The notes under the pieces were generated by a model, which was not told the origin of the DNA, did not search any database, and saw only the letters and a program-made list of their open reading frames with translations. Shown here piece after piece: positions 44,648 to 54,493 of a stretch of 55,577 nucleotides of DNA. The stretch is from the IMG/VR virus record IMGVR_UViG_3300030110_005976, positions 1-55,577 of that record; one strand, 5' to 3'. This DNA is from a virus (Duplodnaviria > Caudoviricetes). The first letter of the stretch is position 1. Each line of letters starts with the position of its first letter. The position numbers and the translations under genes were made by a program.

Positions 44648-46510
44648 TTATACTCCCATAAGTATCTTAGGAATTTCCATTACCTTGTCAAGCATCTTAA
44701 TTCCAAGAACATCTAATTTTAGAAGACCTGCATCTTCGCAGCTAGGACCTTCAAAACCAGCTAGTAAGTCTTTTTCTTCCCTATCCAAAACCATAGGACA
44801 TACATCATATATTGGTTGCGGAGAGACAACTACTCCCGCAGCATGTTTTGACTGAATGATTTTTGTGTCCTCTAATCGAATAGCTTGCTCAAATATCTTT
44901 GCAAATTTACCTTGTAGATTTCCGCTATCATCCACATAGCACCAATCCTTTAGCTTGTCAGACTTATTCTCTAGAGCCCAAGTTATCACAGACGAAGTGC
45001 CTAGCTCGTCTTTCATATCCTGTAGCTCATCAGCGATTTTAGACTCATCTAACAAATGTGAAGTTATAGCGTTCTGCTCATCAAAACTAATGTTACCACG
45101 AGCAGCCATTACTCTTTTAAGTGCCGCACGACCCTTCAGCGTTTGGAAAGTAATAATCTGAGCCACATTGTCCTTACCGTACTTCTTCTTAATGTACTCG
45201 ATGATGTCAGTTCTTCCACATTTGGGAACGTCGATATCAATATCGGGCATTGATACTCGACCTCCTGCATTACGACCTGCATTGTAAAACCTTTCAAAGA
45301 TAAGTTCGTAAGGTATTGGGTCAATCTTTGTTATGTCCATGAGATAAGAAACCATACATCCAGCAGCACTGCCTCGACCGGGCCCAGTTAGATAACCTTT
45401 TGAGTTAGCATATTTTAGAATATCTCTAACGATTAGAAAGTAACTAGACAGGTTTGTTTCAGTAAAAATCTTAATTTCTTTGTTCACTCTTGAACCATAG
45501 GCCTCAAACATATCATGATTCTTATCAACATGGTCCATCTTTTCTGTCCATCCCTCACGGCAAAGATATCTAAGATAATCATTTGGAGACATCCCATTTG
45601 GGCAGTCGAATACAGGTGGATTAGGAGGGCCAAGTATATTGTACTCGCTGCACATACTAGCAATCTCAAGAGTAGAGTCAAGCTCTTGATCTGTATGGAA
45701 TTGTTTCATATCCTCATAAGTTGGTATGTGATAGTTGTTAGATTCAAAGAAAGCCTTCATAGACTTGGATTTGCCCTGCTTTAGCTCACTCTGCACTTGC
45801 CCAATACTTTTCCTCATAGCAGTGCAAAGGAGAACTCTTTGGTCATGGGCATCCTCTCTTCGACAATAGTGTGCGTCTGGAGTCGCAACGCAGGGAATTC
45901 CTGTAATAGTTGCTATCTCTCTTAGCTTTTCGGCTACTTCTTTCGCTTTTTTATTTATCAAAGAATCAATCAGTTGTATTTCTATATAAAAGTTGCCTTT
46001 GCCAAAAGCTTCTTGCATCCTTTCAGCTTCCCGAACTCCATCATTTTTCCAGTTTGGATTATCCATTACAGTGTTTGCAAGATGAGATCCAAGATGTCCA
46101 CTGAAAGAGACTATATTACCTGAGCCTGATACGTTTTCAAGAAAATTCTCAAATCCTATTCTTGGCTTGTGGTAAAAATGTTCTGGCTTATTAGAATCAG
46201 AGACTAAAGATAAAAGCTTTTTCCAACCTTGTAGATCTTTTGCCAAAACTACTTGATGCATTAGCTTTGAATTGCTTGGATCTTTAAAAGTAGCTTCTTG
46301 TTGGGATAGATAAAATTCGCAACCTAGAATTGGCTTGAAGCCATTGGATATGGTTTTGTGAAAATCTACTGCGCCAGAAACATTACCGTGATCTGTAAGA
46401 GCGCAAGCGTCTACTTCTATTTCTTCTAGTCGCTTTGCAATTTGTTTCGTTTGCGAAAGTCCGTCCAACAATGAGTATTCACTATGGACATGTAGTGGTA
46501 CGTATTTCAT
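44648..46510 (-). CDS. dnaE: DNA polymerase III alpha, N-terminal subunit (PHP, palm, thumb)
   Basis: LHVHSEYSLLDG, TDHG, ATPDAHY, GPGRGSAAG, LIFERF, MPDIDID, SKHAAG, GLLKLDVLG. Confidence 0.95.
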   Translation of the reverse strand: MKYVPLHVHSEYSLLDGLSQTKQIAKRLEEIEVDACALTDHGNVSGAVDFHKTISNGFKPILGCEFYLSQQEATFKDPSNSKLMHQVVLAKDLQGWKKLLSLVSDSNKPEHFYHKPRIGFENFLENVSGSGNIVSFSGHLGSHLANTVMDNPNWKNDGVREAERMQEAFGKGNFYIEIQLIDSLINKKAKEVAEKLREIATITGIPCVATPDAHYCRREDAHDQRVLLCTAMRKSIGQVQSELKQGKSKSMKAFFESNNYHIPTYEDMKQFHTDQELDSTLEIASMCSEYNILGPPNPPVFDCPNGMSPNDYLRYLCREGWTEKMDHVDKNHDMFEAYGSRVNKEIKIFTETNLSSYFLIVRDILKYANSKGYLTGPGRGSAAGCMVSYLMDITKIDPIPYELIFERFYNAGRNAGGRVSMPDIDIDVPKCGRTDIIEYIKKKYGKDNVAQIITFQTLKGRAALKRVMAARGNISFDEQNAITSHLLDESKIADELQDMKDELGTSSVITWALENKSDKLKDWCYVDDSGNLQGKFAKIFEQAIRLEDTKIIQSKHAAGVVVSPQPIYDVCPMVLDREEKDLLAGFEGPSCEDAGLLKLDVLGIKMLDKVMEIPKILMGV

Positions 46511-47052
46511 ACTAATATTCCTGTTAGGTCTTCATAAAGCTGTGATATTTCTAAATTATACATGTCAACATGAGTCTTGAAGTTATTTCTTTTGTCGATT
46601 TCTCCACTTTTCCACAACTTGGCCATCTCCCAATAATCGTATGCGCCCATAAAACCGCATAGCCAAATCCTCTTGAGGCCATAATATTTTTTAGGGTGAT
46701 CTTTTGTCGCTCTTTCAAACTCAAGACTTATAAAGGCATATATGTCTGGCTGTTGGTGCTTGCTTGTTTTAGCTACCGAGACATCATAATAAGACTTTGG
46801 AGCAACAGTTCTTCTTTTAGTCTTAACTTCTATCCTGTGACCATCTTGTAGAAGTAAGTCGTGATTATATTTATCAAGCCCTCTGTTGTTACTGACTATT
46901 TGTGCATTGATATAAGGTGCTAGAGCTTCTTCTCCGAGATAGCCAGCAAGGTTTCCTGCGCCCTTGAGTATAGAGTTGTTAATAGAACCCAAAGATCTAG
47001 CCTTTGATTTGGCGCTCTCTATCATTTCCTGAGAGAATGGTAAAGATATCAT
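46507..47052 (-). CDS. PD-(D/E)xK restriction-endonuclease-like protein
   Basis: GYLGEE...HDLL...IEVKTK motif. Confidence 0.6.
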   Translation of the reverse strand: MISLPFSQEMIESAKSKARSLGSINNSILKGAGNLAGYLGEEALAPYINAQIVSNNRGLDKYNHDLLLQDGHRIEVKTKRRTVAPKSYYDVSVAKTSKHQQPDIYAFISLEFERATKDHPKKYYGLKRIWLCGFMGAYDYWEMAKLWKSGEIDKRNNFKTHVDMYNLEISQLYEDLTGILV

Positions 47053-48107
47053 ACTTCACCCGGAGCTTTATACTTCCCGATGACATGATCTGGAGCCATA
47101 AGGTTTTGAGTAACCCATTCTATCCCATTTTTTTCTATCATGTATTTTGTTTGCTCGCACTTAGTCATGTACTCCCCATACTTTGAAACAGCTCCAAATC
47201 GCCGCTCTATTAGAGGAGTAACATCAGTATGCTCAAAAGTTGTCTTGCCAGAAGAACATAGCTTGCGACATTTCCAGCTTTTGTTGAGCTGCGGGCACTC
47301 CGTATCTTTGATCAACTCATATTTTTTTCGAATCATTTCTAGAGTGATAGGTATGTCACTGTCTTGGAAGTGTATAGTAAAGGCTCCCCCATCATTAATG
47401 AAGTGAATAGTAACTAGGAAAGTATCTACTTCTGGGTAAAGCTTTTTTGCGGCTAAATGATACATTCTAAGCTGAATATCTTTTTGTAGCTTTGCTGGTG
47501 TCTTTTCTTTTCCGGTCGCCCAGTCCAATCGCTTACCAGTTTTCCAGTCAATTATCTCGTATACATTATCTCCAACATCTGTTATTAGGTCTATAGTACC
47601 TTTAAGGGATAGGTTGCCTTTGAGCTTTGTTCCGTCTGCAAGCTCGTAGTCGTATTTCGCCCATTCCTCATCTATCTCAAAATCAAAGTGCGGCTCGGCA
47701 TCTACGACAACCCTGTTCTTTGGATCAAACATTCCATTATCGTCATCAAATATTTTCCAGACCCATCTTCGACAGTGCTTCAGGTCTAAAGGCTTCCAAT
47801 CATGGTGAGTAGTTCTAGAGGTGTAATACTCGTAGACTTTATCTATAATTTCATCCAGATACTTTGGATCATAATTATCTGTTTGAATTTCTCCAATCTC
47901 ATGATCCTTAAAGACTTTGTCTCCGTCCTGAAGTGCTTTCTTGCAGAGTGCTGTTAGCTCAAGCACCTTGTGAACTATAGTTCCCTTGTCCGCTTTCTTT
48001 CCAGAAGTCCCCCTCCATCCAAGGCCATATTCCATGTAGTACTGCATAGGGCACATCCTATGGCAATTAAAGGAGCTACTTCTAAAATAAACTATTGGGA
48101 TTCCCAT
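47049..48107 (-). CDS. Cas4/RecB/AddB-like PD-(D/E)xK exonuclease with candidate Fe-S cysteines
   Basis: SSSFN..MCP, GTIVHKVLE, KGTIDLI, IIDWKTG, QLRMY, C-terminal C..KCRKLC...C. Confidence 0.85.
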   Translation of the reverse strand: MGIPIVYFRSSSFNCHRMCPMQYYMEYGLGWRGTSGKKADKGTIVHKVLELTALCKKALQDGDKVFKDHEIGEIQTDNYDPKYLDEIIDKVYEYYTSRTTHHDWKPLDLKHCRRWVWKIFDDDNGMFDPKNRVVVDAEPHFDFEIDEEWAKYDYELADGTKLKGNLSLKGTIDLITDVGDNVYEIIDWKTGKRLDWATGKEKTPAKLQKDIQLRMYHLAAKKLYPEVDTFLVTIHFINDGGAFTIHFQDSDIPITLEMIRKKYELIKDTECPQLNKSWKCRKLCSSGKTTFEHTDVTPLIERRFGAVSKYGEYMTKCEQTKYMIEKNGIEWVTQNLMAPDHVIGKYKAPGEV

Positions 48108-48108
48108 A

Positions 48109-48951
48109 TTAGACCTTTACTTTACCTTGAGAGAGCCTTGGCATTACGTCTTCTAAATGCTCCAAGGCGTAGTATATCTTTTCATTTTGTTCAGGTATAG
48201 TAATATCAGAGTTGTTAATAAGAGCGTCACAGTTATCCAAAGCTGTATCTAACTCTGATTCGCTAGAGTGATCGTCTTTTCCATTATAGATGTCTCTACT
48301 TAAACCAATAACGAATCCTCCTCGTTTCTGGATACCTTCTATCTCGTTCTCAAATCTTACATCGGATACTAGAGCTAGTTCCGAACCATCACTTTCTACT
48401 TTAGCAACAAAAGAATCTAGCCAAACATTATGATTCATTTTTCTGAAGATGTCTGTCCCTACATATTGTAGCACTTCTCTAGCTGTCATCTTGCCTTTAG
48501 CGTGTACTAGAAGACCTAACTCTGCAGCTTGAGCTTTATCAAAGCCCTTCTTCTTTAGTTCGCTTGGACTTATAACTCCGGGCATATCCTCCCATTTAAG
48601 GCTCGTCTTGCTATTCTTATCTTCATCGCTACCAAATACTTGTTCTTCGCTTAGGCCTAGTATCTTGACAGCCATTTCTTTTAGAGTATCTGCAAGAGCA
48701 TATATTTTTACAAAGTGGCGTAGTTCATTATCAAAGAGAGAATCGACATTTACATGTGGATCTTTGAAAGGAAAAAACTTTTCCCCTGTTGGATTTTCTC
48801 CGAATATATCTGTTACCTCTATTTGACCATCGTCTGTCAGTCGAGATACTTTACAAATTCCTAATTCGGAAAGCTTCATAGCTAATATAAAGTTGCACGC
48901 AGTATTTTTGCCGCTCTGCTTCTTGCCTGCAAAGGCTATAATCTGTGTCAT
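48109..48951 (-). CDS. Deoxynucleoside monophosphate kinase (T4 gp1-like)
   Basis: P-loop AGKKQSGKNT; REVLQYVGTDIFR; SDVRFENE; HSSE. Confidence 0.88.
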   Translation of the reverse strand: MTQIIAFAGKKQSGKNTACNFILAMKLSELGICKVSRLTDDGQIEVTDIFGENPTGEKFFPFKDPHVNVDSLFDNELRHFVKIYALADTLKEMAVKILGLSEEQVFGSDEDKNSKTSLKWEDMPGVISPSELKKKGFDKAQAAELGLLVHAKGKMTAREVLQYVGTDIFRKMNHNVWLDSFVAKVESDGSELALVSDVRFENEIEGIQKRGGFVIGLSRDIYNGKDDHSSESELDTALDNCDALINNSDITIPEQNEKIYYALEHLEDVMPRLSQGKVKV

Positions 48952-49169
48952 TATTGAACTCCGTAATGTTTTTCAAGAACTTCTAAACGATCAGTAGCAT
49001 CTACTAGCATATCTAAAGCTTCATCTAAGTTTTCATAAAAATCTCCAGTAGAATGGTCGCCAATTCCTACTGCCTTTTCTAATAAGAGTTCCAGCGAAAG
49101 CTCCGCCTTTGCCTTATCTGTCTGTGCTTTTTTTAGCAAGTAGTTTAGTGAATTTTCTTTATGGCTCAT
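48951..49169 (-). CDS. Small hypothetical protein (72 aa)
   Basis: AGGAG SD; helical hairpin with VGIGDHS. Confidence 0.7.
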   Translation of the reverse strand: MSHKENSLNYLLKKAQTDKAKAELSLELLLEKAVGIGDHSTGDFYENLDEALDMLVDATDRLEVLEKHYGVQ

Positions 49170-49171
49170 TT

Positions 49172-50347
49172 CTAAATCTCCTTATAGATGTCCATTGCTT
49201 GTTGTATAAAAGGTTTTATGTCTGATGTAACGCTATCTACATTTAGTTCTGCAATATCGTTAGCATTAAAGTTAGGGAAATATAGCCGGTATAGCCTTCC
49301 GCAGATTTGCTCTATCTTTTCTGCTGCTTTCTTACCGGCTTCATCATTGTCCATTAGGCAAATTATAGACAAGGCTCCAGACTCATCTAATAAATGTTTT
49401 TGATCGTTATTGAATGCTGTTCCAAATATTGCTACGGCATTATGTATACCAGCCTCAGCAAGTCTCCATACGTTTCCGGGAGACTCTACTAGGATGGCAA
49501 CGCCAGTATCTAAAATATAATTTTTGGCCTTCCAATAATTATACAACCACTTTTCCTTTTGGAAACCTTTACTGTGCATCCATTTTGGAAAGTGTCTGCA
49601 TTTGCTGTTAGGGTCATGATAGTTATTGCATTTAGGACATTTGTCAAATATACTTCTCCCAGTACATCCTACTATGTTTTTATGGTCGTTGTCGTATATA
49701 GGAACTACAGCTCTTTGGTACATGGGTTTATTAGGATTATTGCAATATCCTACATCATACTCCTCTAAAATAGCCGGATCAAATCCTCTATTAACATAAT
49801 ACTCAGCAGGGACCGCTAGTTTTTGCCGATACTGTTCCTGAGTTATCCCTAGTCCTCTTGCCTTCTTGGATGATATAGAATTAACTAAACTGCCAAACTT
49901 CATTTTCTCTATGTTTACAGTCTCACTTTTGAGTGAGTCAAAGTCTTGTTTCAAAAAAGACAACAAAAATTCTACAGCTTCAGAAAAGCGAGCTTCTTTG
50001 TCCCCCTCTTTTTCCCAGTTATACTTGAATCTAGAGAGACACCCTCTAATAAAATGAATCAAGCTATTACCAAACAACTCTTCGCATTGATGGGTTCGAC
50101 ACTTATAGTGTACTTTATAGTCCCCATTATAGTACATATTGAGAGCTGTTGGATTGTCCCCACCATGTATAGGGCAACAGGACTTAATCAACATCTCATT
50201 GCGATAGCCAGCTTTTATACCAAAATATTCGTATATTTGGTCCATATGCTGAGCCGCTAGCGCAGATAGTTGTTTAAGCTTTCCTGAGTCTCCATACTTA
50301 TAGTTAGAAGGGGACTTGGTCGTTTGCTGAGTATTCTTCTGGTTCAT
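49172..50347 (-). CDS. dnaG: DNA primase (zinc-binding domain plus TOPRIM)
   Basis: CPIHGGDNP...CRTHQC; RAVVPI...VGCTGR; LVESPGN; MDNDEAG. Confidence 0.88.
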   Translation of the reverse strand: MNQKNTQQTTKSPSNYKYGDSGKLKQLSALAAQHMDQIYEYFGIKAGYRNEMLIKSCCPIHGGDNPTALNMYYNGDYKVHYKCRTHQCEELFGNSLIHFIRGCLSRFKYNWEKEGDKEARFSEAVEFLLSFLKQDFDSLKSETVNIEKMKFGSLVNSISSKKARGLGITQEQYRQKLAVPAEYYVNRGFDPAILEEYDVGYCNNPNKPMYQRAVVPIYDNDHKNIVGCTGRSIFDKCPKCNNYHDPNSKCRHFPKWMHSKGFQKEKWLYNYWKAKNYILDTGVAILVESPGNVWRLAEAGIHNAVAIFGTAFNNDQKHLLDESGALSIICLMDNDEAGKKAAEKIEQICGRLYRLYFPNFNANDIAELNVDSVTSDIKPFIQQAMDIYKEI

Positions 50348-51743
50348 CTTGGTAAATATTATCCTCTAGTTCAAATGCTGTTTTTCCTTCGGTTATTTTA
50401 GCATAAGATCCATTCATCATTATGTTAATGTAGTCTTTATCTTGAAGTCCTTCTCCATGGCGAGCGATAACGGGAACCAATTTTCTGTTTCCGTTCTCCG
50501 GACCATCTTTTGCAATTTCCTCATCTGACTTGTGTTTATAGATACTGAAATTAGAGCAAAGCCAAATGATTCTATCGGAACCAGATGCAGTATCTGTAGT
50601 CTCTTTATTTATACCATCACGATTGAGTTGGACAAAAGACAATATAGGAACTTCGTATCTCAGTGCAAAGTTATGTAAGGCTGTCATCATGAAGCCTAGT
50701 ACTTGAAACTCTTTCATATCTCCTCTAATCTCTGCAGAATCCATTAGCTTCAAGTAGTCATATATGATTACGCAATCATTTGCTCTGCCTTTGTCATTTA
50801 TGCCAACAACTTTTGCGAGCCAACGCCTCATAACAGAAACTTGGTCTTCAAAAGACATGCCTCCAATAGACTTGAAATAATAAGGAATATCTTTCATTTC
50901 TTTGGCGGCATCCATCACCTTCTCATGCTGTAGGTGACTGTTTGCAAAACTACCAGTTTCTATATCATTGATTTCGACACCAGCCAACATCGCCATAAGT
51001 CTATTCTGATGATCTTCTTTTCTCATTTCTGTATCTAAGTTGAGTACGGGGATTCCCTGCCTAGCTATATGAACACCCATATTGTCCGCTAGTAGCGTTT
51101 TACCAGTTTTAGGGCGAGCACCTATTACATTCACAGTACCTCTTCTTAGGCCTCCACCTATGGCAAAATCGTATCGGCTAAATCCAGTAGATATACCTAT
51201 CTGATCTACAGGGTCTTCAGCTAGGTCTTTAAGATACTCCTCGACATCCTCAAACATTTTAGTTGGAGATTCATCAGAGTCTGAAAGTATAGAAGTGAAA
51301 TCAAATATAGACTCTTCAGCAATACCTAAGATCTGGGAGATCGGCTCGTCTCCTTTTATTTCTGTGTACTTTTCTTTAGTTAGCTCAAGCTGGTCATACA
51401 TCATACGAGCTATCTGTAGCTTCCTAACTTTAGCAGCAAAGCCTCGAACATTAGAGAGCATTACAGGAAACTTAATGATGGAAGATAGATGTGAGACTTC
51501 TTGATTGTTAAAGAAGTCGCTTAGTCCTATTTCTTTTGCGGCAGACAGAACTGAAGGAATGTCTGGCGTAGCAGAGTCATTCTTATCTAGAATGTGCTTT
51601 AGGCAGCAGTATATTGACATATTAGACTCAAGAGTAAAGCTACTCTCATCAATTATATCTGCTATGTCGAAATAGGCATCTGTGCCATAACGAAATATTC
51701 CGGAGAGTATGGCTCTCTCTGCTGGTAAATCTTGTAGAATCAT
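50304..51743 (-). CDS. dnaB: Replicative helicase, DnaB family
   Basis: AERAILSG; Walker A GARPKTGKT; LDTEM; IYDYLKL; QLNRDG; ARHG. ATG at 51743 preferred as start. Confidence 0.92.
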   Translation of the reverse strand: MILQDLPAERAILSGIFRYGTDAYFDIADIIDESSFTLESNMSIYCCLKHILDKNDSATPDIPSVLSAAKEIGLSDFFNNQEVSHLSSIIKFPVMLSNVRGFAAKVRKLQIARMMYDQLELTKEKYTEIKGDEPISQILGIAEESIFDFTSILSDSDESPTKMFEDVEEYLKDLAEDPVDQIGISTGFSRYDFAIGGGLRRGTVNVIGARPKTGKTLLADNMGVHIARQGIPVLNLDTEMRKEDHQNRLMAMLAGVEINDIETGSFANSHLQHEKVMDAAKEMKDIPYYFKSIGGMSFEDQVSVMRRWLAKVVGINDKGRANDCVIIYDYLKLMDSAEIRGDMKEFQVLGFMMTALHNFALRYEVPILSFVQLNRDGINKETTDTASGSDRIIWLCSNFSIYKHKSDEEIAKDGPENGNRKLVPVIARHGEGLQDKDYINIMMNGSYAKITEGKTAFELEDNIYQDEPEEYSANDQVPF

Positions 51744-51745
51744 TT

Positions 51746-52231
51746 TTACTTTCTTGAGCAACAATCATTGCATAGGTATCTAGATGGATCATGAACTAAT
51801 GCTGGAGAAACGCTTTCTTCTTTTCCGCATAGACGACAACGGACATCAACCATTGAAGATTTTCTAGACCGAGGTGATTTTCTAACAGACTTATTGGCTT
51901 CATCAGATGCCTTAGCTTCTTCTAGTTCAGCCCTCTCAGAACTTGAAAAAACAGCTTCATCCATAAAGTCTTCAAACTTGTTAGGTCGATTGCCAGACGT
52001 ATCTATTCTTCCACTCCTAGCTTTATCTCCCTTGTCTGTTCCAAATTGTTTCTTAGAGTGAGAATGAGACTTCTTCTTCCTCCCTCCTTTTCCTCGTCGC
52101 TTCTTAGGCTTGGTCTTATCTATAGAGTGTACAGTATCGGAATTATCTTCTGATTGCATTTCTACAATAACCTCTAGCAATTCTTCTTTAGACATTTCCT
52201 TTAGCATTTCTTTTAACTTATCTTTATTCAT
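51746..52231 (-). CDS. Basic protein with C-terminal zinc finger (CRLC...CNDC)
   Basis: Lys/Arg-rich linker; two CxxC motifs. Confidence 0.7.
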   Translation of the reverse strand: MNKDKLKEMLKEMSKEELLEVIVEMQSEDNSDTVHSIDKTKPKKRRGKGGRKKKSHSHSKKQFGTDKGDKARSGRIDTSGNRPNKFEDFMDEAVFSSSERAELEEAKASDEANKSVRKSPRSRKSSMVDVRCRLCGKEESVSPALVHDPSRYLCNDCCSRK

Positions 52232-52713
52232 GTCCTGTTTATCTTTGCTCTCTGAAGGTTAACAAATAAATCACTTAGGTTCTTAACTGAGCTCGCTAGA
52301 TATGTTAGTCTATCTGCCCTTTGTTGCGCATACGTTTTAATGCTTTCAAGTTTGCAGGCGTACCCATCTTCCCTAACTGCTTGATAGTACTGACTATCCC
52401 ATGAACCTTTATATTGTGCTTCTCTACCAGACATCATTCTTTTAAGGTTCGACGACGCCCAATTAACACGCGCTATTTCTCTATTGTAAGATCTTTGTAG
52501 GTAGAAAGAAAATCCTCCAAGCAATAGAGCCGCTTCAGCGCACTCATCTACTGTGAGCTTTTCCATCTGCTGTCTTGGCATATTCATATATTGCTTAACA
52601 GACTGATCGTGAAAGTCTCCAGCATAGGAGACCAGTCCTAAACTTGACTCATATTCATCTAAGACTTTATCTATTTGATCTAGTCGTTCCTTTGGTTTAT
52701 TCGGATTCTCCAT
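52228..52713 (-). CDS. Helical protein, possible UvsY-like recombination mediator
   Basis: Coiled-coil character, size and position two genes downstream of the recombinase; function is inferred. Confidence 0.4.
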   Translation of the reverse strand: MENPNKPKERLDQIDKVLDEYESSLGLVSYAGDFHDQSVKQYMNMPRQQMEKLTVDECAEAALLLGGFSFYLQRSYNREIARVNWASSNLKRMMSGREAQYKGSWDSQYYQAVREDGYACKLESIKTYAQQRADRLTYLASSVKNLSDLFVNLQRAKINRT

Positions 52714-53096
52714 TGATCCTCATCCTCGTTGTAAGGTAATTCAATATACGTTATATTATTATACTCGCACCATTCTGCTTTTCTCCGGTCTCTTTTTCTC
52801 TGATTCGCAAAATCTTGTGCAGAAGCATGGAACATTGTATTGAACTTGTAATGTTGCTGACCATGAACCTCGACAACCAACTTAACAGTATTTAGATAGA
52901 AGTCAAAGAAAAGCTTCTCAGTTCTAGTTATAGGTGCAGCTACCTCTTCAAGAATTTGAACTGTTGGAAAAATATCCTTGAGAATACTTCTAGCCTTTAA
53001 ATGCAGCTTAGATCGAGGCCTACTCTCACTAGCTCTAACTACATAACCATGAAGCTTCCAATTATGTATCTGACCATCAAGTCCTCTAATTTTCAT
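52680..53096 (-). CDS. Vsr/DUF559-like endonuclease
   Basis: SKLH...FFDFYL...VVEVHGQQHY...QRKRDRRKAEWC...IELPY. Confidence 0.75.
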   Translation of the reverse strand: MKIRGLDGQIHNWKLHGYVVRASESRPRSKLHLKARSILKDIFPTVQILEEVAAPITRTEKLFFDFYLNTVKLVVEVHGQQHYKFNTMFHASAQDFANQRKRDRRKAEWCEYNNITYIELPYNEDEDQWRIRINQRND

Positions 53097-54069
53097 TTAT
53101 TCCAACCATAGAAAACACTTCGTCTCTAAAGGCTTTATACTGTTCCGGATTTTCCTCTAGATACTGAGCTAGTTTAACTTTTCCTTGAATCTTGTCCCCA
53201 TTGGGCAACTTCAACCAAGCCCCTGCCTTGCTGATAAGCCCGAAGTCAATCAATAGATCTGCTATCTCCATCTCTTTCCATATGCCTTTACCATACCTAA
53301 TATGACTCTCAACCTTCTGTCCCGGAGGGCCAATAGCAGAGGTCATTATTTGCCAATGAATAGTTTGCCCAATTTGGGTATCACCCTGCATTAGAGGCAC
53401 TGAGTGAGTTGCATGGAGCTTAACATCTACTTGGTATTTTAGTGCGCTACCTGACTTTTCAATCTTAGATTTCCCCCTGCCAAATCTCTGAACATTAGCC
53501 ATTAGGTGAGTTATACCAACAACAGTCACTCTATTTATGGGTAAGACATTAGAGATGCGGCGGCAAAATTTAGCAAGAACTTTCTGGACGCTCATCACCT
53601 GAATGTCTTCTAGATTGCCAGTAAGCTCAGACTCACTAGATAGAGCAGAAAAAGAGTCAACGACCGCTATTGCTCCGGGCTTTGTATGAACTATGTTATC
53701 GACAATGCTTAAATACTTTTCAGCAGATAAGATATTTCCTTCTGTCGAACCAATAATTTGCATAAGCTTTGGGTCTAAACTTAGATCGGTAATTCCTTGC
53801 AGGTCTCGCTTCTTCAAGCGACCTTCTATGTTAGCGTAGTACACTTCCCTTTCGTAATGCTTCTGCGCATTTGCACAAAAACTCAATGCTGTTACTGTCT
53901 TTCCTACTTTCTCCGGTCCTGTCATTATAAACAGAGATCCTTCAGGCACGCCTCCACCTAAAGCCATGTCTAGCTTAGGGCCAACAGAAATGACTTCGAG
54001 AGGTTTTTCTGTTATAGAGCTCGCATCATGAAGGACATCACCGTATTCTTTGATAATGTCTTTATTCAT
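53086..54069 (-). CDS. recA: RecA/UvsX-like recombinase
   Basis: LDMALGGGVPEG; Walker A GPEKVGKT; IEGR; Walker B VVDS; ALKY; LISKAGAW. Confidence 0.9.
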   Translation of the reverse strand: MNKDIIKEYGDVLHDASSITEKPLEVISVGPKLDMALGGGVPEGSLFIMTGPEKVGKTVTALSFCANAQKHYEREVYYANIEGRLKKRDLQGITDLSLDPKLMQIIGSTEGNILSAEKYLSIVDNIVHTKPGAIAVVDSFSALSSESELTGNLEDIQVMSVQKVLAKFCRRISNVLPINRVTVVGITHLMANVQRFGRGKSKIEKSGSALKYQVDVKLHATHSVPLMQGDTQIGQTIHWQIMTSAIGPPGQKVESHIRYGKGIWKEMEIADLLIDFGLISKAGAWLKLPNGDKIQGKVKLAQYLEENPEQYKAFRDEVFSMVGINEN

Positions 54070-54493
54070 CGAGTTCCCTTAATTTAGATATAATAGATTT
54101 TTTATTGTTATTCGTCTTATGCTTGATAGATTCTTTTTCAACTATCTCATAATCAGTAGCCTCTCTATCTTTTATCAAGGCTTCCTTCTCCTTAATTATA
54201 CTTTGAAGAAACGGAGATCTTAAAGAATAAGTTTTCCAACATCTTCTATCCTTTAGAGCTGCTATTATTGCCTCTTCAGGAAAGTCCTTTAAGAGGCTGT
54301 TAGCTATAGTAATTTGATAGCGAAAGTATTTTCTCCATTCGCTTATCTCCCAAAATTTAATTGGGAGTTCCTTATTTTCCTTTTGGGCTTTCTTCTCACA
54401 TACAAATTCTGTTATGTATTGAGGTGCGGATACCCATCCGTCTGGAGAATATCGGGATGGGTATTTGCTTTTGTTAGTCCTGTTTTTACTCAT
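54062..54493 (-). CDS. Hypothetical protein (143 aa)
   Basis: Coupled ORF in the replication operon. Confidence 0.7.
   Translation of the reverse strand: MSKNRTNKSKYPSRYSPDGWVSAPQYITEFVCEKKAQKENKELPIKFWEISEWRKYFRYQITIANSLLKDFPEEAIIAALKDRRCWKTYSLRSPFLQSIIKEKEALIKDREATDYEIVEKESIKHKTNNNKKSIISKLRELDE

Noticed and set aside
43943-44650. Split intein or self-splicing intron interrupting dnaE
   Set aside because: No intein N-terminal Cys block or C-terminal HN; the insert is a DEDDh exonuclease with its own SD, and only 33 nt are non-coding, too little for a group I/II intron core.
47049-48107. CRISPR-Cas system suggested by the Cas4-like gene
   Set aside because: No other cas genes or array; solo Cas4/RecB-like nucleases are common in phage replication modules.
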